Shown: positions 1 through 9,311, counted from the first letter of the stretch. The stretch: 49,216 nt of DNA from an uncultured Acutalibacter sp. (GCA_964433105.1 CAYSQF010000002.1:1-49216), one strand, 5' to 3'. Program-made: numbers and translations. Notes: generated by a model not told the origin, from the sequence alone.

Positions 1-55
1 ACCTCCGAAGTAGATTTTGGTTATTTGCCTTATCTACTTTAGAGGTATCATATCA
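1..55 (-). mobile_element. Probable left terminal region of an IS3-family insertion sequence extending off the left edge of the window
   Basis: Minus strand reads 5'-TGATATGATACCTCTAAAGTAGATAAGGCAAATAACCAAAATCTACTTCGGAGGT. It starts with TG, has an internal inverted repeat (ACCTCTAAAGTAGAT / ATCTACTTCGGAGGT) and ends in a GGAGGT SD. This resembles, from memory, clostridial IS3/IS150-type left ends. The transposase is outside the window. Confidence 0.55.
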
Positions 56-184
56 CTGGGAGGCCGTGCTTTACTTTTGTGTTTAATACTGTCAGGTGAT
101 GCGCTTTCATGGCAATTGTATCTGCAATCTGTTGTTTTCGGTCTAGTTCTCTATCCGGATCGAGCTTCACAGCTTTCTTTTTGC

Positions 185-1261
185 TTACAAAAGATTGGCT
201 ACCACGTCTCCCATTTCCGTGCAGGAAACCTTCCTCGCCCCACAGGTCGGCGTGTAAATATCCGGGGTACGGACAGTTTTCAAAGCTTCCGCTACCGCGC
301 CCTCGATAGCCCGAGCCGCTTCCGGCTGGTTCAGAGAATACCGGAGCATCATGGCCGCAGACAAAATCGTTGCCAAGGGGTTCGCGATATTCTGACCCCC
401 AATATCCGGAGCGGAGCCGTGGATTGGCTCGTACAGGCCGAAACCGCTGTCCCCCAAACTGGCGGAAGCCAGCATGCCGATAGAACCACTGATCATAGAA
501 GCCTCGTCCGACAAAATATCGCCAAACATATTCGACGTGACAATCACGTCAAATTGGGCGGGATTCCGCACCAGCTGCATGGCGCAATTGTCCACATACA
601 TATGACTGACCTCAACCTCGGGATACTCCTTCGCCATTTCGTCCACCACCTGCCGCCAAAGGCGGGAGGTGTCAAGTACATTGGCTTTATCCACACTGGT
701 GAGCTTTTTATTCCGCTTTTGGGCCATATCGAAAGCCACCCGGACAATGCGCTGAATTTCCGGCAGGCTATACCGTTCGGTGTCATAGGCTGATTTCACG
801 CCGTTTTCCTCGGTGGTTCCCCGGTCTCCAAAGTAAATGCCGCCGGTCAGTTCCCGTACCACCATGATGTCCAGGCCATCACCGATAATCTCCGGTTTCA
901 AGGGGGAAGCGTCCCGCAGGGGCGGAAAGATCACCGCAGGGCGGAGATTTGCGTAAAGCCCAAGAGCTTTACGGACTCCCAAAAGCCCTTTTTCCGGCCG
1001 GTTGGGGCCGGGCTGAAAATCCCATTTGGGACCGCCCACGGCTCCCAGCAGGACGGAATCTGCCGCTTTGCAGACTGTCACGGTTTCCTCCGGCAGGGGC
1101 ACGCCTGTCGCGTCGATAGCTGCCCCGCCCAACAGGGCGTATTGCAGGTTCAAACCAAACCCAAACTTTTCTCCGGCCCTTTGAAGCACCTTTACGGCTT
1201 CCCCCACAATCTCCGGGCCGATATAGTCGCCCTCTAAAACGGCGATTTGATAGGTTTTCAT
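185..1261 (-). CDS. leuB: 3-isopropylmalate dehydrogenase
   Basis: 358 aa; [44 protein letters not shown] and [10 protein letters not shown] motifs; downstream of leuA. Confidence 0.97.
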   Translation of the reverse strand: MKTYQIAVLEGDYIGPEIVGEAVKVLQRAGEKFGFGLNLQYALLGGAAIDATGVPLPEETVTVCKAADSVLLGAVGGPKWDFQPGPNRPEKGLLGVRKALGLYANLRPAVIFPPLRDASPLKPEIIGDGLDIMVVRELTGGIYFGDRGTTEENGVKSAYDTERYSLPEIQRIVRVAFDMAQKRNKKLTSVDKANVLDTSRLWRQVVDEMAKEYPEVEVSHMYVDNCAMQLVRNPAQFDVIVTSNMFGDILSDEASMISGSIGMLASASLGDSGFGLYEPIHGSAPDIGGQNIANPLATILSAAMMLRYSLNQPEAARAIEGAVAEALKTVRTPDIYTPTCGARKVSCTEMGDVVANLL

Positions 1262-1325
1262 AATTTGTTCCCCCTTTTTGTTGTTTTGGGATTACATCCC
1301 GCGCAAAAGCAGAAATGAACATCTG

Positions 1326-3035
1326 TTACTGCTCTTTCCCTTCCCGCAGTTCGCACCGGTTGATGGCACAGACAATCCCCTTAATGGAAGCAATGCTGAT
1401 ATTCGAATCCATCCCCACACCGAAAACGATCTCCCCGTTATGCCGGAGCTGGATATAAGAGACAGCTTTGGAGTCTGCGCCGCCAGTTACGGCATGTTCG
1501 CTATAGGAAACAAATTCATATGCGGTCAGGCCAATGACCCGCAGAGCGTTGAAAAAGGCATCGATAGGACCGTTCCCCCTGCCTGAAATGGGCCAAGTGT
1601 TATGGTCGTACCGGATGGTGCCTTCAAAGTCCACCAGCACTTCGCCGCTGCCGCCGTCCTCCTCGAAAATCTTGTAAGTCAGTAGGTGATACGGTTCAGT
1701 CACTTCCAGATATTCCTTTTTGAAAATGTCGAACACCTCGCCGGGACTGATTTCCCTGCCACACTGGTCGCAGGCCTTTTTCACCAGTGCGCCGAATTCG
1801 GGGTGCATGGCTTTAGGCAGGACATACCCAAAGCTCTGTTGCATTACGAAGGCCGCACCGCCCTTACCGGACTGGCTGTTGATCCGGACGATCGGTTCAT
1901 ACTGACGGCCCAGGTCCGCCGGGTCAATGGGCAGGTAAGGCACCTCCCAATATGGGGATTTTTCCTTTGCCATATAGTTGACGCCCTTGTTGATGGCATC
2001 CTGGTGGGAACCGGAAAAGGCGGTAAACACCAGCTCCCCAGCGTAGGGGTGCCGCTGGTGAACCTTCATCTGGGTACATTCCTCGTACACCTTCCGGATG
2101 TGGTTCATGTGGGAAAAGTCCAGCTTGGGATCCACGCCCTGGGAATACAGGTTCATGGCGATGTTCATGATATCCGCGTTGCCGGTGCGTTCTCCGTTGC
2201 CGAACAGGGTGCCTTCCACCCGCTCAGCGCCCGCCATCATACCCAACTCGGTGGCGGCGGTGCCGGTACCGCGGTCGTTGTGGGGGTGTAGGCTGATGAT
2301 GGCGCAGTCCCGATGCTTCATGTTCCTGCAGCAATATTCAATCTGATCCGCATAGGTGTTGGGCGTGGACATCTCCACCGTGTTGGGGAGGTTGATAACC
2401 ACCCGGTTGTCCGGCGTGGCGTCCAGTTCTTCCAGCACCCGATCACAGATCAGCACGGCATTTTCCATTTCCGTGCCGGAAAAGCTTTCGGGAGAATACT
2501 CGTAACGGATATGGATGTCGTTTTTGGCGGTCATTTCGTCTGTAAGCCGCTTGATAAGCCGGGCGCCCTCCACGGCAATGTCAATCACACCCTGCATGTC
2601 GGTGTTAAACACCACCTTGCGCTGCAGGGTAGATGTGGAATTATAGAAATGAACGATCACATTTTTCGCTCCGTCAATTGCCTCGAAGGTTCTTTTGATC
2701 AGATGTTCCCGGGCCTGTACCAGCACCTGCACGGTGACATCGTCTGGGATCAGGTTCTGATCAATCAGCGTCCGTAGAATCTCATATTCCGTCTCCGAAG
2801 CCGAAGGAAAGCCAACCTCGATCTCCTTAAAACCGATGTCGCACAGCATTTGGAAAAATTCCAGCTTCTGCTCCAAGTTCATGGGATTGACAAGGGCCTG
2901 GTTGCCGTCCCGAAGATCCACGCTGCACCAGACGGGCGCTTGGGTGAGCACCTTGTCGGGCCAGGTGCGATCCGGCAGGCTGATGGGGACGAACGGGCGG
3001 TATTTACGGTATCCTTGATTCATACTTACGGTCAC
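1326..3035 (-). CDS. leuA: 2-isopropylmalate synthase (LeuA type 2, yeast/actinobacterial-like)
   Basis: WCSVDLRDGNQAL, HPHNDRG, GNGERTGN, FSGSHQDAI, RINSQSGKGG and the C-terminal regulatory GNGPIDA motif. Start is 3035 or ATG 3023. Confidence 0.96.
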   Translation of the reverse strand: MTVSMNQGYRKYRPFVPISLPDRTWPDKVLTQAPVWCSVDLRDGNQALVNPMNLEQKLEFFQMLCDIGFKEIEVGFPSASETEYEILRTLIDQNLIPDDVTVQVLVQAREHLIKRTFEAIDGAKNVIVHFYNSTSTLQRKVVFNTDMQGVIDIAVEGARLIKRLTDEMTAKNDIHIRYEYSPESFSGTEMENAVLICDRVLEELDATPDNRVVINLPNTVEMSTPNTYADQIEYCCRNMKHRDCAIISLHPHNDRGTGTAATELGMMAGAERVEGTLFGNGERTGNADIMNIAMNLYSQGVDPKLDFSHMNHIRKVYEECTQMKVHQRHPYAGELVFTAFSGSHQDAINKGVNYMAKEKSPYWEVPYLPIDPADLGRQYEPIVRINSQSGKGGAAFVMQQSFGYVLPKAMHPEFGALVKKACDQCGREISPGEVFDIFKKEYLEVTEPYHLLTYKIFEEDGGSGEVLVDFEGTIRYDHNTWPISGRGNGPIDAFFNALRVIGLTAYEFVSYSEHAVTGGADSKAVSYIQLRHNGEIVFGVGMDSNISIASIKGIVCAINRCELREGKEQ

Positions 3036-3092
3036 TTTCCTTTCATGATTTCCTCTATCGTTAACGCTTTATGGATTTCCGGGTGGCGGGGT

Positions 3093-3380
3093 AACGAAAA
3101 CCCCGGATGCGGACTGCCGTCCGCATCCGGGGCGAGGAAGCTGTTCCACGCGGTACCACCCGGTTTTGGCGAGGAAGTTTCCCCTCGCCCTCGGGATCTC
3201 CAGCAAGACCCCGGCGGATAACGCCGCCACACGTCCTCTCCTGACAATTTCTGTTTCAGAGAGGAAACTCAGGGATGAGCTATACACGCAACACCCTTCG
3301 CCTGCTTCCACCAGATTTCCGCAGGCTCTCTGCAGAAGGGACTGCCGCGTCTTTTTCCCGTCGTAGTCTTTCCGTGTCTT
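3093..3380 (-). promoter_or_regulatory. T-box riboswitch, leucine specifier (CUC), with intrinsic terminator
   Basis: Minus strand has Stem I AGAGA and GGTGGAA loop motifs and specifier CTC at 3279-3277 (TATAG-CTC-ATCCC). The T-box is AACCGGGTGGTACCGCG (~3165-3149). The terminator is CCCCGGATGCGGAC-ggca-GTCCGCATCCGGGG-TTTT (3132-3097). It lies directly upstream of leuA. Confidence 0.93.
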
Positions 3381-3387
3381 AACAGGC

Positions 3388-3416
3388 ATTATAAAATGAA
3401 ACCCTCGTTTTGTCAA
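3388..3416 (-). promoter_or_regulatory. Sigma-A promoter of the T-box-leuAB transcript
   Basis: Perfect TTGACA (3416-3411), 17 nt spacer, TATAAT (3393-3388). Confidence 0.88.
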
Positions 3417-3446
3417 GGGCTGACGGCAAAAGTATTTTCCGCTGTC

Positions 3447-4085
3447 TTAATTGTCCGGATGTGCTTTCTCTTCACTTTTGGGAAGTATGTCGAACACCTC
3501 CAGCACCCGGGAACGCATCCACAGTGATGGAGTGATCCGCAGGGAATACCCGCACCCCGGCCGGCACATCCAATCCAGCGGCTGCGCTTTTGGCAGGCCA
3601 TAGGCAGCAAGCAAAGAGGTCATCACCCCGGTGTGGGTCACCAGTACAGCAGAGGTTTTTCCCAGCGCTACCATGTTCTGTACAAGCATCTCAAAGCCGG
3701 CACACACCCGCCGGAAAAACACCGGACCACTTTCCCCGCCGGGAGGGGCTGTCTGCCCGCCGTTTCCCAGCCACTGGGAAAAACCAGGCTCCTGTTCCAG
3801 TTCTCCGGCAGTTTTGTTTTCCCAGTCGCCAAAATCGCACTCCGCCAGCTCCAGCACCACCTCCGGATCCGCCCAGGGATAAAGCAGCCTCAGGGTGTCC
3901 ACGCATCGGGTAGACGGACTGGCGTAAAACGCGTCCGCTTTTGGGTAGTCGTATTCACGCTTCAGCTGGAGCAGGTCTGCGATGGACTGCTCCGCCAGGG
4001 GGGACTCGGTCCGGCCGATATAGCGGCCTTCCAGATTGCCTTCGCAAGGCATATTTCGGATTACATGCAGTACATAAGATTTCAC
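3447..4085 (-). CDS. Histidine phosphatase (phosphoglycerate mutase/CobC-like) family protein, apparently lacking the catalytic His
   Basis: Family motifs YIGRTESPL, ASPSTRC, ECDFGDWE, PPGGES and VTHTG are present; the N-terminal RHG motif reads RNM. Start re-picked at GTG 4085 downstream of an AAAGGA. Confidence 0.85.
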   Translation of the reverse strand: MKSYVLHVIRNMPCEGNLEGRYIGRTESPLAEQSIADLLQLKREYDYPKADAFYASPSTRCVDTLRLLYPWADPEVVLELAECDFGDWENKTAGELEQEPGFSQWLGNGGQTAPPGGESGPVFFRRVCAGFEMLVQNMVALGKTSAVLVTHTGVMTSLLAAYGLPKAQPLDWMCRPGCGYSLRITPSLWMRSRVLEVFDILPKSEEKAHPDN

Positions 4086-4212
4086 GGCTTGATCACTGTC
4101 CTTTCGGCGCTTCTTTCGGATCATCTGTCCGCTTCACGCCGGTTTTGCTAATTTTTACATAATTCTCAAAAAAATCTATTTTCTCTCCCCCACTTTTTGT
4201 AAGATTTTCTCC

Positions 4213-4241
4213 TTTACTACCCACTTTACATATTGTATAAT
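4213..4241 (+). promoter_or_regulatory. Putative sigma-A promoter of the XRE gene
   Basis: TTTACT (4213-4218), 17 nt spacer, TATAAT (4236-4241). Confidence 0.55.
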
Positions 4242-4310
4242 CACTAGAGACCAAAGTAATCCTAAATAAACGGCTTACAATAAAAACCATCTGAAAAGAG
4301 AGGATTCCTC

Positions 4311-5033
4311 ATGTCAGAAACGAATATTGGCAAAAGACGCGGCGGGTTTGGGTTAAACAGTGATTTCCCCCGTCTGCTGACGCTGCTGCGCAAGGAACGA
4401 AATTACAGCCAGAAAAAAGTAGCGGCAGATTTAGGCATCTCCCAGGCCTTGCTTTCCCATTATGAAAAGGGGATCCGGGAATGCGGGCTGGACTTTGTTG
4501 TCAGGGTTGCGGATTATTATCACGTCTCCTGCGACTACCTGCTGGGCCGCACTTCCCAGCGGGACGGTTCCGTCATCACTATCCGGGACCTGCCCGGGGA
4601 CACGCCCAAGTCTAAACAGACTGCCGTTTCCAAAACGGAATACCAGCGGCGTATCCTTTCCAATTCTCTCAATATTGTATTCGGTCTTCTGAAAAAAATC
4701 AATAGCGAAAGCCTGACGGAGGAAATGTCCACTTATTTGTCTGCCGCCATTTACAAGGCGTTCCGGGTGCTATATTCCTCCAACCCCAAAAATCCCCAGG
4801 CCTTTTTTGCCCTGAACCCGTGGCTGTCCGGCGCCAGAATGGAATCCTGCATGGCGATGGCAGAAGCTAAAAGCCGCTATATTTTAAGCGGCGAAAGCAT
4901 CGACGGCCGGGCCGGTGTAGAGAAGGACACCCTGCCCACCCTGACGCAGGAAATTCTCCTGCGGGATTTCCCTCAGGCCGCCCCTTCCCTGTTCGGCCTT
5001 ATCAAAAACCTGGAGGCCAAAGCGAGGCCGTAA
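4311..5033 (+). CDS. XRE-family helix-turn-helix transcriptional regulator with helical C-terminal domain
   Basis: LRKERNYSQKKVAADLGISQALLSHYEKGIRE...ADYYHVSCDYLLGR is an HTH_3-type pattern; GAGG RBS. Confidence 0.9.
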   Translation: MSETNIGKRRGGFGLNSDFPRLLTLLRKERNYSQKKVAADLGISQALLSHYEKGIRECGLDFVVRVADYYHVSCDYLLGRTSQRDGSVITIRDLPGDTPKSKQTAVSKTEYQRRILSNSLNIVFGLLKKINSESLTEEMSTYLSAAIYKAFRVLYSSNPKNPQAFFALNPWLSGARMESCMAMAEAKSRYILSGESIDGRAGVEKDTLPTLTQEILLRDFPQAAPSLFGLIKNLEAKARP

Positions 5034-5073
5034 AAAACGTTGTTTTACGAGATTTACAAAAATTGAAAAACAA

Positions 5074-5102
5074 TTGTCTTTCCCGACTTTTCGTGTTATA
5101 AT
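5074..5102 (+). promoter_or_regulatory. Putative sigma-A promoter (extended -10) for the asnB/D-Asp ligase/racemase operon
   Basis: TTGTCT (5074-5079), 17 nt spacer, TATAAT (5097-5102) preceded by TGn. Confidence 0.65.
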
Positions 5103-5146
5103 AAACGTTGGTTATTTGACATCAGGCGGTTCACGGAAAAGACAGG

Positions 5147-5182
5147 GAAAATTCCTCCGTTTCCGGTGGGATTTTCTTTTTT
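5147..5182 (+). terminator. Terminator-like hairpin immediately upstream of the first asnB RBS (possible attenuator)
   Basis: GAAAATTCC-T-CCG-tttc-CGG-T-GGGATTTTC followed by a T6 tract. Confidence 0.55.
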
Positions 5183-5200
5183 ATGAAGGGAGAAAACGCT

Positions 5201-7054
5201 ATGTGCGGATTTGTAGGCTTTACCGGCGGGGAACAACAAAATGAGTCGGTGCTTCGTGTCATGACCGATGCCATACGCCACCGCGGGCCTGACGATGCTG
5301 ATTACTACCTGGACGATGACATTTCTCTGGGCTTCCGGCGGCTGTCCATTATAGATCTTGAGGGCGGCAGGCAGCCCATTTTGAACGAAGATGGCAGCAA
5401 AGCCCTGCTCTTTAACGGGGAAATTTATAATTACCAAAGCCTGCGGGAGGACCTGCTGGAAAAGGGCCACACCTTCACCACCAAATCCGACAGCGAAACA
5501 GTGCTGCACGGCTACGAGGAATACGGCGAAGGGATTTTCCAAAAGCTTCGCGGGATGTTTGCTTTCGTGATCTGGGACAAGGACAGGAAAGAACTGTTTG
5601 GTGCGCGTGACTTTTTCGGCATTAAGCCCCTATATTACGCCCAAATGGGGGAAGTATTCCTGTTTGGTTCGGAGATCAAAAGCTTTCTGCATCACCCGGC
5701 CTTTAAAAAGGAGCTGAACCAGCGAGCGCTGGAAAGCTACCTTTCCTTCCAGTACTCCCCCGGCCCGGAAACTTTCTTTAAAAATGTGTACAAAATGCCT
5801 CCGGCCCACTATTTCCGCTACAAGGGTGGGAAGTTGGAGCTTACTCGGTACTGGATCCCCGAATTTCACGCCGAAGAGGACAAGCCCCTGGAATATTGGG
5901 TAGACGAGATCGAAAAGGCCTTTGACAACTCCGTGGAAGCCCACAAGGTCAGTGATGTGGAGGTTGGCTCCTTCCTTTCCTCTGGGGTGGATTCCAGCTA
6001 TGTGGCGTGTTCCGCCCATGTGGACAAAACCTTTACTGTGGGCTTTGACAATGGCACAAAATACAACGAAATCAGCTATGCGGAGGAACTTTCCCAACAG
6101 ATCCCGGTAAAAAATATCAGCAAAGTCATCACCCCCGAGGAATTCTGGGGAACCTTTCCGAAAATTCAATACCACATGGACGAGCCTTTGGCGGATCCTT
6201 CTGCAGTGGCCCTATACTTCGTGTGCAATACCGCCGCCAAGCATGTAAAGGTGGTCCTGTCCGGCGAGGGAGCCGATGAGATCTTCGGTGGCTACAACAT
6301 TTACAAGGAGCCGCTGGAATGCGCCTGGTACGATAAGATTCCCTTTCCCATCCGCAAATGTATTGGCGCCATCGCCGGCCTGTTTCCCGCCCATCGGGGT
6401 TTGAACTTTTTGGTCCGACGGGGCAAAAAACTGGAGGACCGCTTTATTGGCAACGCCTATATGTTCACGGAAAAGGAACGCCGCGCCCTGTTGAAGCACC
6501 CCACCGACGCACCCTCCCCCGCCGCGCTGGTCAAGCCCTGGTATGACATGACAGCGGACAAGGACCCGGTGACCCGGATGCAGTTTGTGGATCTGAATAT
6601 GTGGATGGTGGGCGACATTCTTTTGAAAGCCGACAAAATGAGCATGGCCAATTCCCTGGAGCTTCGGGTGCCTTTCCTGGACAAGAACATTATGGCCCTG
6701 GCCGGGCGCATCCCAATGAAATACCGGGTCAATTCCGAAAACACCAAGTATGCCATGCGGAAAGCCGCCCTGCGCCGAATGCCGGAAAAATGGGCGGAAA
6801 AACGAAAGCTGGGCTTTCCCGTCCCCACCCGGGTATGGCTGAAAGAAGACAAATACTATCAGATCGTTAAAAAGGAGTTTCAAAGCGGTGCCGCGGAAAA
6901 ATTTTTCCACACGGAGAAGCTTTTGAAGCTGCTGGACGATCACAAGGTCGGCAAGGCCGACAATTCCCGGCGGGTCTGGACCGTGTACACGTTCCTGATC
7001 TGGTACCGACAGTTCTTCGGCGAGGAGGCAAACGAACATGCCCGAAAAGATTGA
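5201..7054 (+). CDS. asnB: Glutamine-hydrolysing asparagine synthase-like amidotransferase (AsnB/AsnH family), copy 1
   Basis: Ntn N-terminus MCGFVG (ATG 5201 after GAAGGGAG); HRGPD, RRLSIID, FNGEIYN, LSSGVDSS, SGEGADEIFGGY, SLELRVPFLD and KLGFPVP motifs. Confidence 0.93.
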   Translation: MCGFVGFTGGEQQNESVLRVMTDAIRHRGPDDADYYLDDDISLGFRRLSIIDLEGGRQPILNEDGSKALLFNGEIYNYQSLREDLLEKGHTFTTKSDSETVLHGYEEYGEGIFQKLRGMFAFVIWDKDRKELFGARDFFGIKPLYYAQMGEVFLFGSEIKSFLHHPAFKKELNQRALESYLSFQYSPGPETFFKNVYKMPPAHYFRYKGGKLELTRYWIPEFHAEEDKPLEYWVDEIEKAFDNSVEAHKVSDVEVGSFLSSGVDSSYVACSAHVDKTFTVGFDNGTKYNEISYAEELSQQIPVKNISKVITPEEFWGTFPKIQYHMDEPLADPSAVALYFVCNTAAKHVKVVLSGEGADEIFGGYNIYKEPLECAWYDKIPFPIRKCIGAIAGLFPAHRGLNFLVRRGKKLEDRFIGNAYMFTEKERRALLKHPTDAPSPAALVKPWYDMTADKDPVTRMQFVDLNMWMVGDILLKADKMSMANSLELRVPFLDKNIMALAGRIPMKYRVNSENTKYAMRKAALRRMPEKWAEKRKLGFPVPTRVWLKEDKYYQIVKKEFQSGAAEKFFHTEKLLKLLDDHKVGKADNSRRVWTVYTFLIWYRQFFGEEANEHARKD

Positions 7055-8270
7055 ATTTCTCCCTGTCCTGCTTGGAAGCGATATCAACGTTTACGGCATG
7101 GCCCGTTCTTTCCATGAGGAATATGGGATCGCTTCTGTAGCAATCGGCAAGGGGGTTTTAGGCCCCTGTACCGCCAGTAAGATTGTAAAGGTGGAAGTAG
7201 TTGAGCCAAACCTGGAGGACGACCAGGTGTTTGTCCGCACCCTGCTGGACTTTGCAAAGGCCCATAATGATGGCAGAAAGAAGCTGCTTGTCCCCTGCGG
7301 GGACAACTACATTAAGCTGCTGGTGCGGAACCAGGATAAGCTCCGGGACGCGTATGAATTCGAATGTATCAGCGAAGAGCTTCTCATGCGCCTTTCCATT
7401 AAAGAAAGTTTTTACCAGGTATGCACGGAGCATGGCTTCTCCTTCCCAAAAACCACCACCTGTTCCTACGAAAACCACAAGGATCTGTCCTTGCCCTTTG
7501 ATTTTCCCGTCATCATTAAGCCTTCCAATTCCGTGGCGTATTGGAATTGTAAGTTTCCTCACAAGAAAAAGGTGTTTGTAGCGGAAAACCGGGAGGAATT
7601 TGAAAAGATTCTGGACGCCATCTACGGTTCTTCCTATAAGGATCACTTAATTTTACAAGAATATATTCCCGGGGATGACAGCAACATGCGGGTGATGAAC
7701 TGCTACTGCGGCAGGGACAAAAAGGTCAAGCTCATCGCCCTTGGAAACGCCTTGTTAGAGGAGCATTCCCCCGAGGGCATCGGCAGCTACGCGGCTATTA
7801 TCAACGGCTGCGACGAAGCACTGGCCCAGCGAATGAAGGAATTTCTGGAAGGCATCGGCTATGTGGGCTTTGCAAATTTTGACATGAAATACGACTCACG
7901 GGACGGTTCCTACAAGCTGTTTGAAATGAACCTGCGCCAGGGACGTTCCAGCTTCTTTGTCACCGCTTCTGGATACAACCTGGCCAAATGGCTGGTGGAC
8001 GATGTAATCTACCACAAGGAAATGGACTGCACCGTTGCCACAAACAAGGTGCTGTGGACGATCATCCCCACCAGGATCATTTTTCAGTACGTGAAAAACG
8101 AGGAAGCCAAACAGGCAGCGCATCAGCTGCTGAAAGAGGGAAAGGTCTGCCATTCCTACTACTACAAGGGGGACCGCTCCTTAAAGCGCTGGATCCACTA
8201 TTTAAAAAACCAATACCACTACTTTGAAAAGTATAAACGGTACTTTGGCAACAAGGCCCTGAGGGACTGA
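7038..8270 (+). CDS. D-aspartate ligase (Aslfm/AslA-like ATP-grasp)
   Basis: N-terminal LLGSDINVYGMARSFHE is typical of D-Asp ligases; ATP-grasp motifs PVIIKPSNS, LQEYIPG, FANFDMKYD and FEMNLRQGRSS; sits next to a racemase and asnB. Confidence 0.85.
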   Translation: MPEKIEFLPVLLGSDINVYGMARSFHEEYGIASVAIGKGVLGPCTASKIVKVEVVEPNLEDDQVFVRTLLDFAKAHNDGRKKLLVPCGDNYIKLLVRNQDKLRDAYEFECISEELLMRLSIKESFYQVCTEHGFSFPKTTTCSYENHKDLSLPFDFPVIIKPSNSVAYWNCKFPHKKKVFVAENREEFEKILDAIYGSSYKDHLILQEYIPGDDSNMRVMNCYCGRDKKVKLIALGNALLEEHSPEGIGSYAAIINGCDEALAQRMKEFLEGIGYVGFANFDMKYDSRDGSYKLFEMNLRQGRSSFFVTASGYNLAKWLVDDVIYHKEMDCTVATNKVLWTIIPTRIIFQYVKNEEAKQAAHQLLKEGKVCHSYYYKGDRSLKRWIHYLKNQYHYFEKYKRYFGNKALRD

Positions 8271-8342
8271 CCATGCCGGGTGAAAAACTTACGATTATTG
8301 AAAGCAAATGTAGGAGCTGCGGCTGCAAAGGGAGGCGAGAAA

Positions 8343-9071
8343 ATGAAAACCCTTGGCATTATCGGTGGGCTTGGCCCAATGGCTACCGCCTGCCTTCTGA
8401 GGCTGATCATCGAAATGACGGACGCCAAAACAGATCAGGAACACCTAGATGTGATCGTGTTTGACCGACCAAACGTGCCGGACCGTACCGCCCATATTCT
8501 GGACCCACAAAAACCCTCCCCCCTGCCCCCTATGCGGGAAACCGCAAAAACATTGGAACGCCTGGGGGCCGGGGTGCTCTGCGCACCCTGCGTCACCTCC
8601 CATTACTTCTATCAGGAGCTGGCGGGCAGCGTGGGGATTCCCTTCCTGAACATGGTGGTGGAAACCGCCGGAGAATTAAAGGCGGCCGGGAAAAAACGTC
8701 CCGGGATTATGGCCACCACCGGCACTGTCACTACCGGCCTGTTCCAATCCGCCTTCTCGGAGCAGGGGCTTACGGCCGTGCTTCCCTCGCGGGAGGGGCA
8801 GGAACGGGTCATGAGCCTGATCTATGACGACATCAAGGCAGGAAAGCCTGCGGATCCTGAAAAGTTCCAGAAGGTGTCAGAAGAGTTGTACGGCTCTGGT
8901 TGTGACTGTATCGTGCTGGGGTGCACCGAGCTTTCCCTAATCAAGGAAAGCGCCGGGCTGGGCCGCGGGTATCTTGACGCCCTGGAGGTTTTGGCAAAGC
9001 GGGCAGTACAAGCCTGCGGCGGGCCTTTAAAAAGAAAATATAACAGCCTGCTCACGCCAGAGGAAAACTGA
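8343..9071 (+). CDS. Aspartate racemase (PLP-independent, RacD/RacX family)
   Basis: GIIGGLGPMAT, PDRTAHIL and two catalytic Cys motifs (APCVTSH, LGCTELS). Start re-picked at ATG 8343 after GGAGG. Confidence 0.9.
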   Translation: MKTLGIIGGLGPMATACLLRLIIEMTDAKTDQEHLDVIVFDRPNVPDRTAHILDPQKPSPLPPMRETAKTLERLGAGVLCAPCVTSHYFYQELAGSVGIPFLNMVVETAGELKAAGKKRPGIMATTGTVTTGLFQSAFSEQGLTAVLPSREGQERVMSLIYDDIKAGKPADPEKFQKVSEELYGSGCDCIVLGCTELSLIKESAGLGRGYLDALEVLAKRAVQACGGPLKRKYNSLLTPEEN

Positions 9072-9101
9072 ACCGATCTTTTAGCTGAATAGCGAAAGGG
9101 G

Positions 9102-9299
9102 ATGCAGATCCGTATGATAAAAAGGATTTACCTTTATCTGGGTGTTTTCGCAGCGTTTGCGGCTGTCTGTGGACTGATTTCTTTTCTGAGCGGCATGCGG
9201 GAAACCAACTTTGGCGCGTTTTTCTTTCCTCTTCTGCTGGCCGCGCTGTTCGGCTGGCTTTACTATCGGGAAAAGCGCCGGGAAAAAACAAATGACTGA
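9102..9299 (+). CDS. Small two-helix membrane protein of unknown function
   Basis: Two hydrophobic segments and a basic C-tail; fills the racemase-asnB2 gap; AAAGGGG RBS; start is 9102 or 9114. Confidence 0.6.
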   Translation: MQIRMIKRIYLYLGVFAAFAAVCGLISFLSGMRETNFGAFFFPLLLAALFGWLYYREKRREKTND

Positions 9300-9311
9300 A
9301 AGGATAAAACT

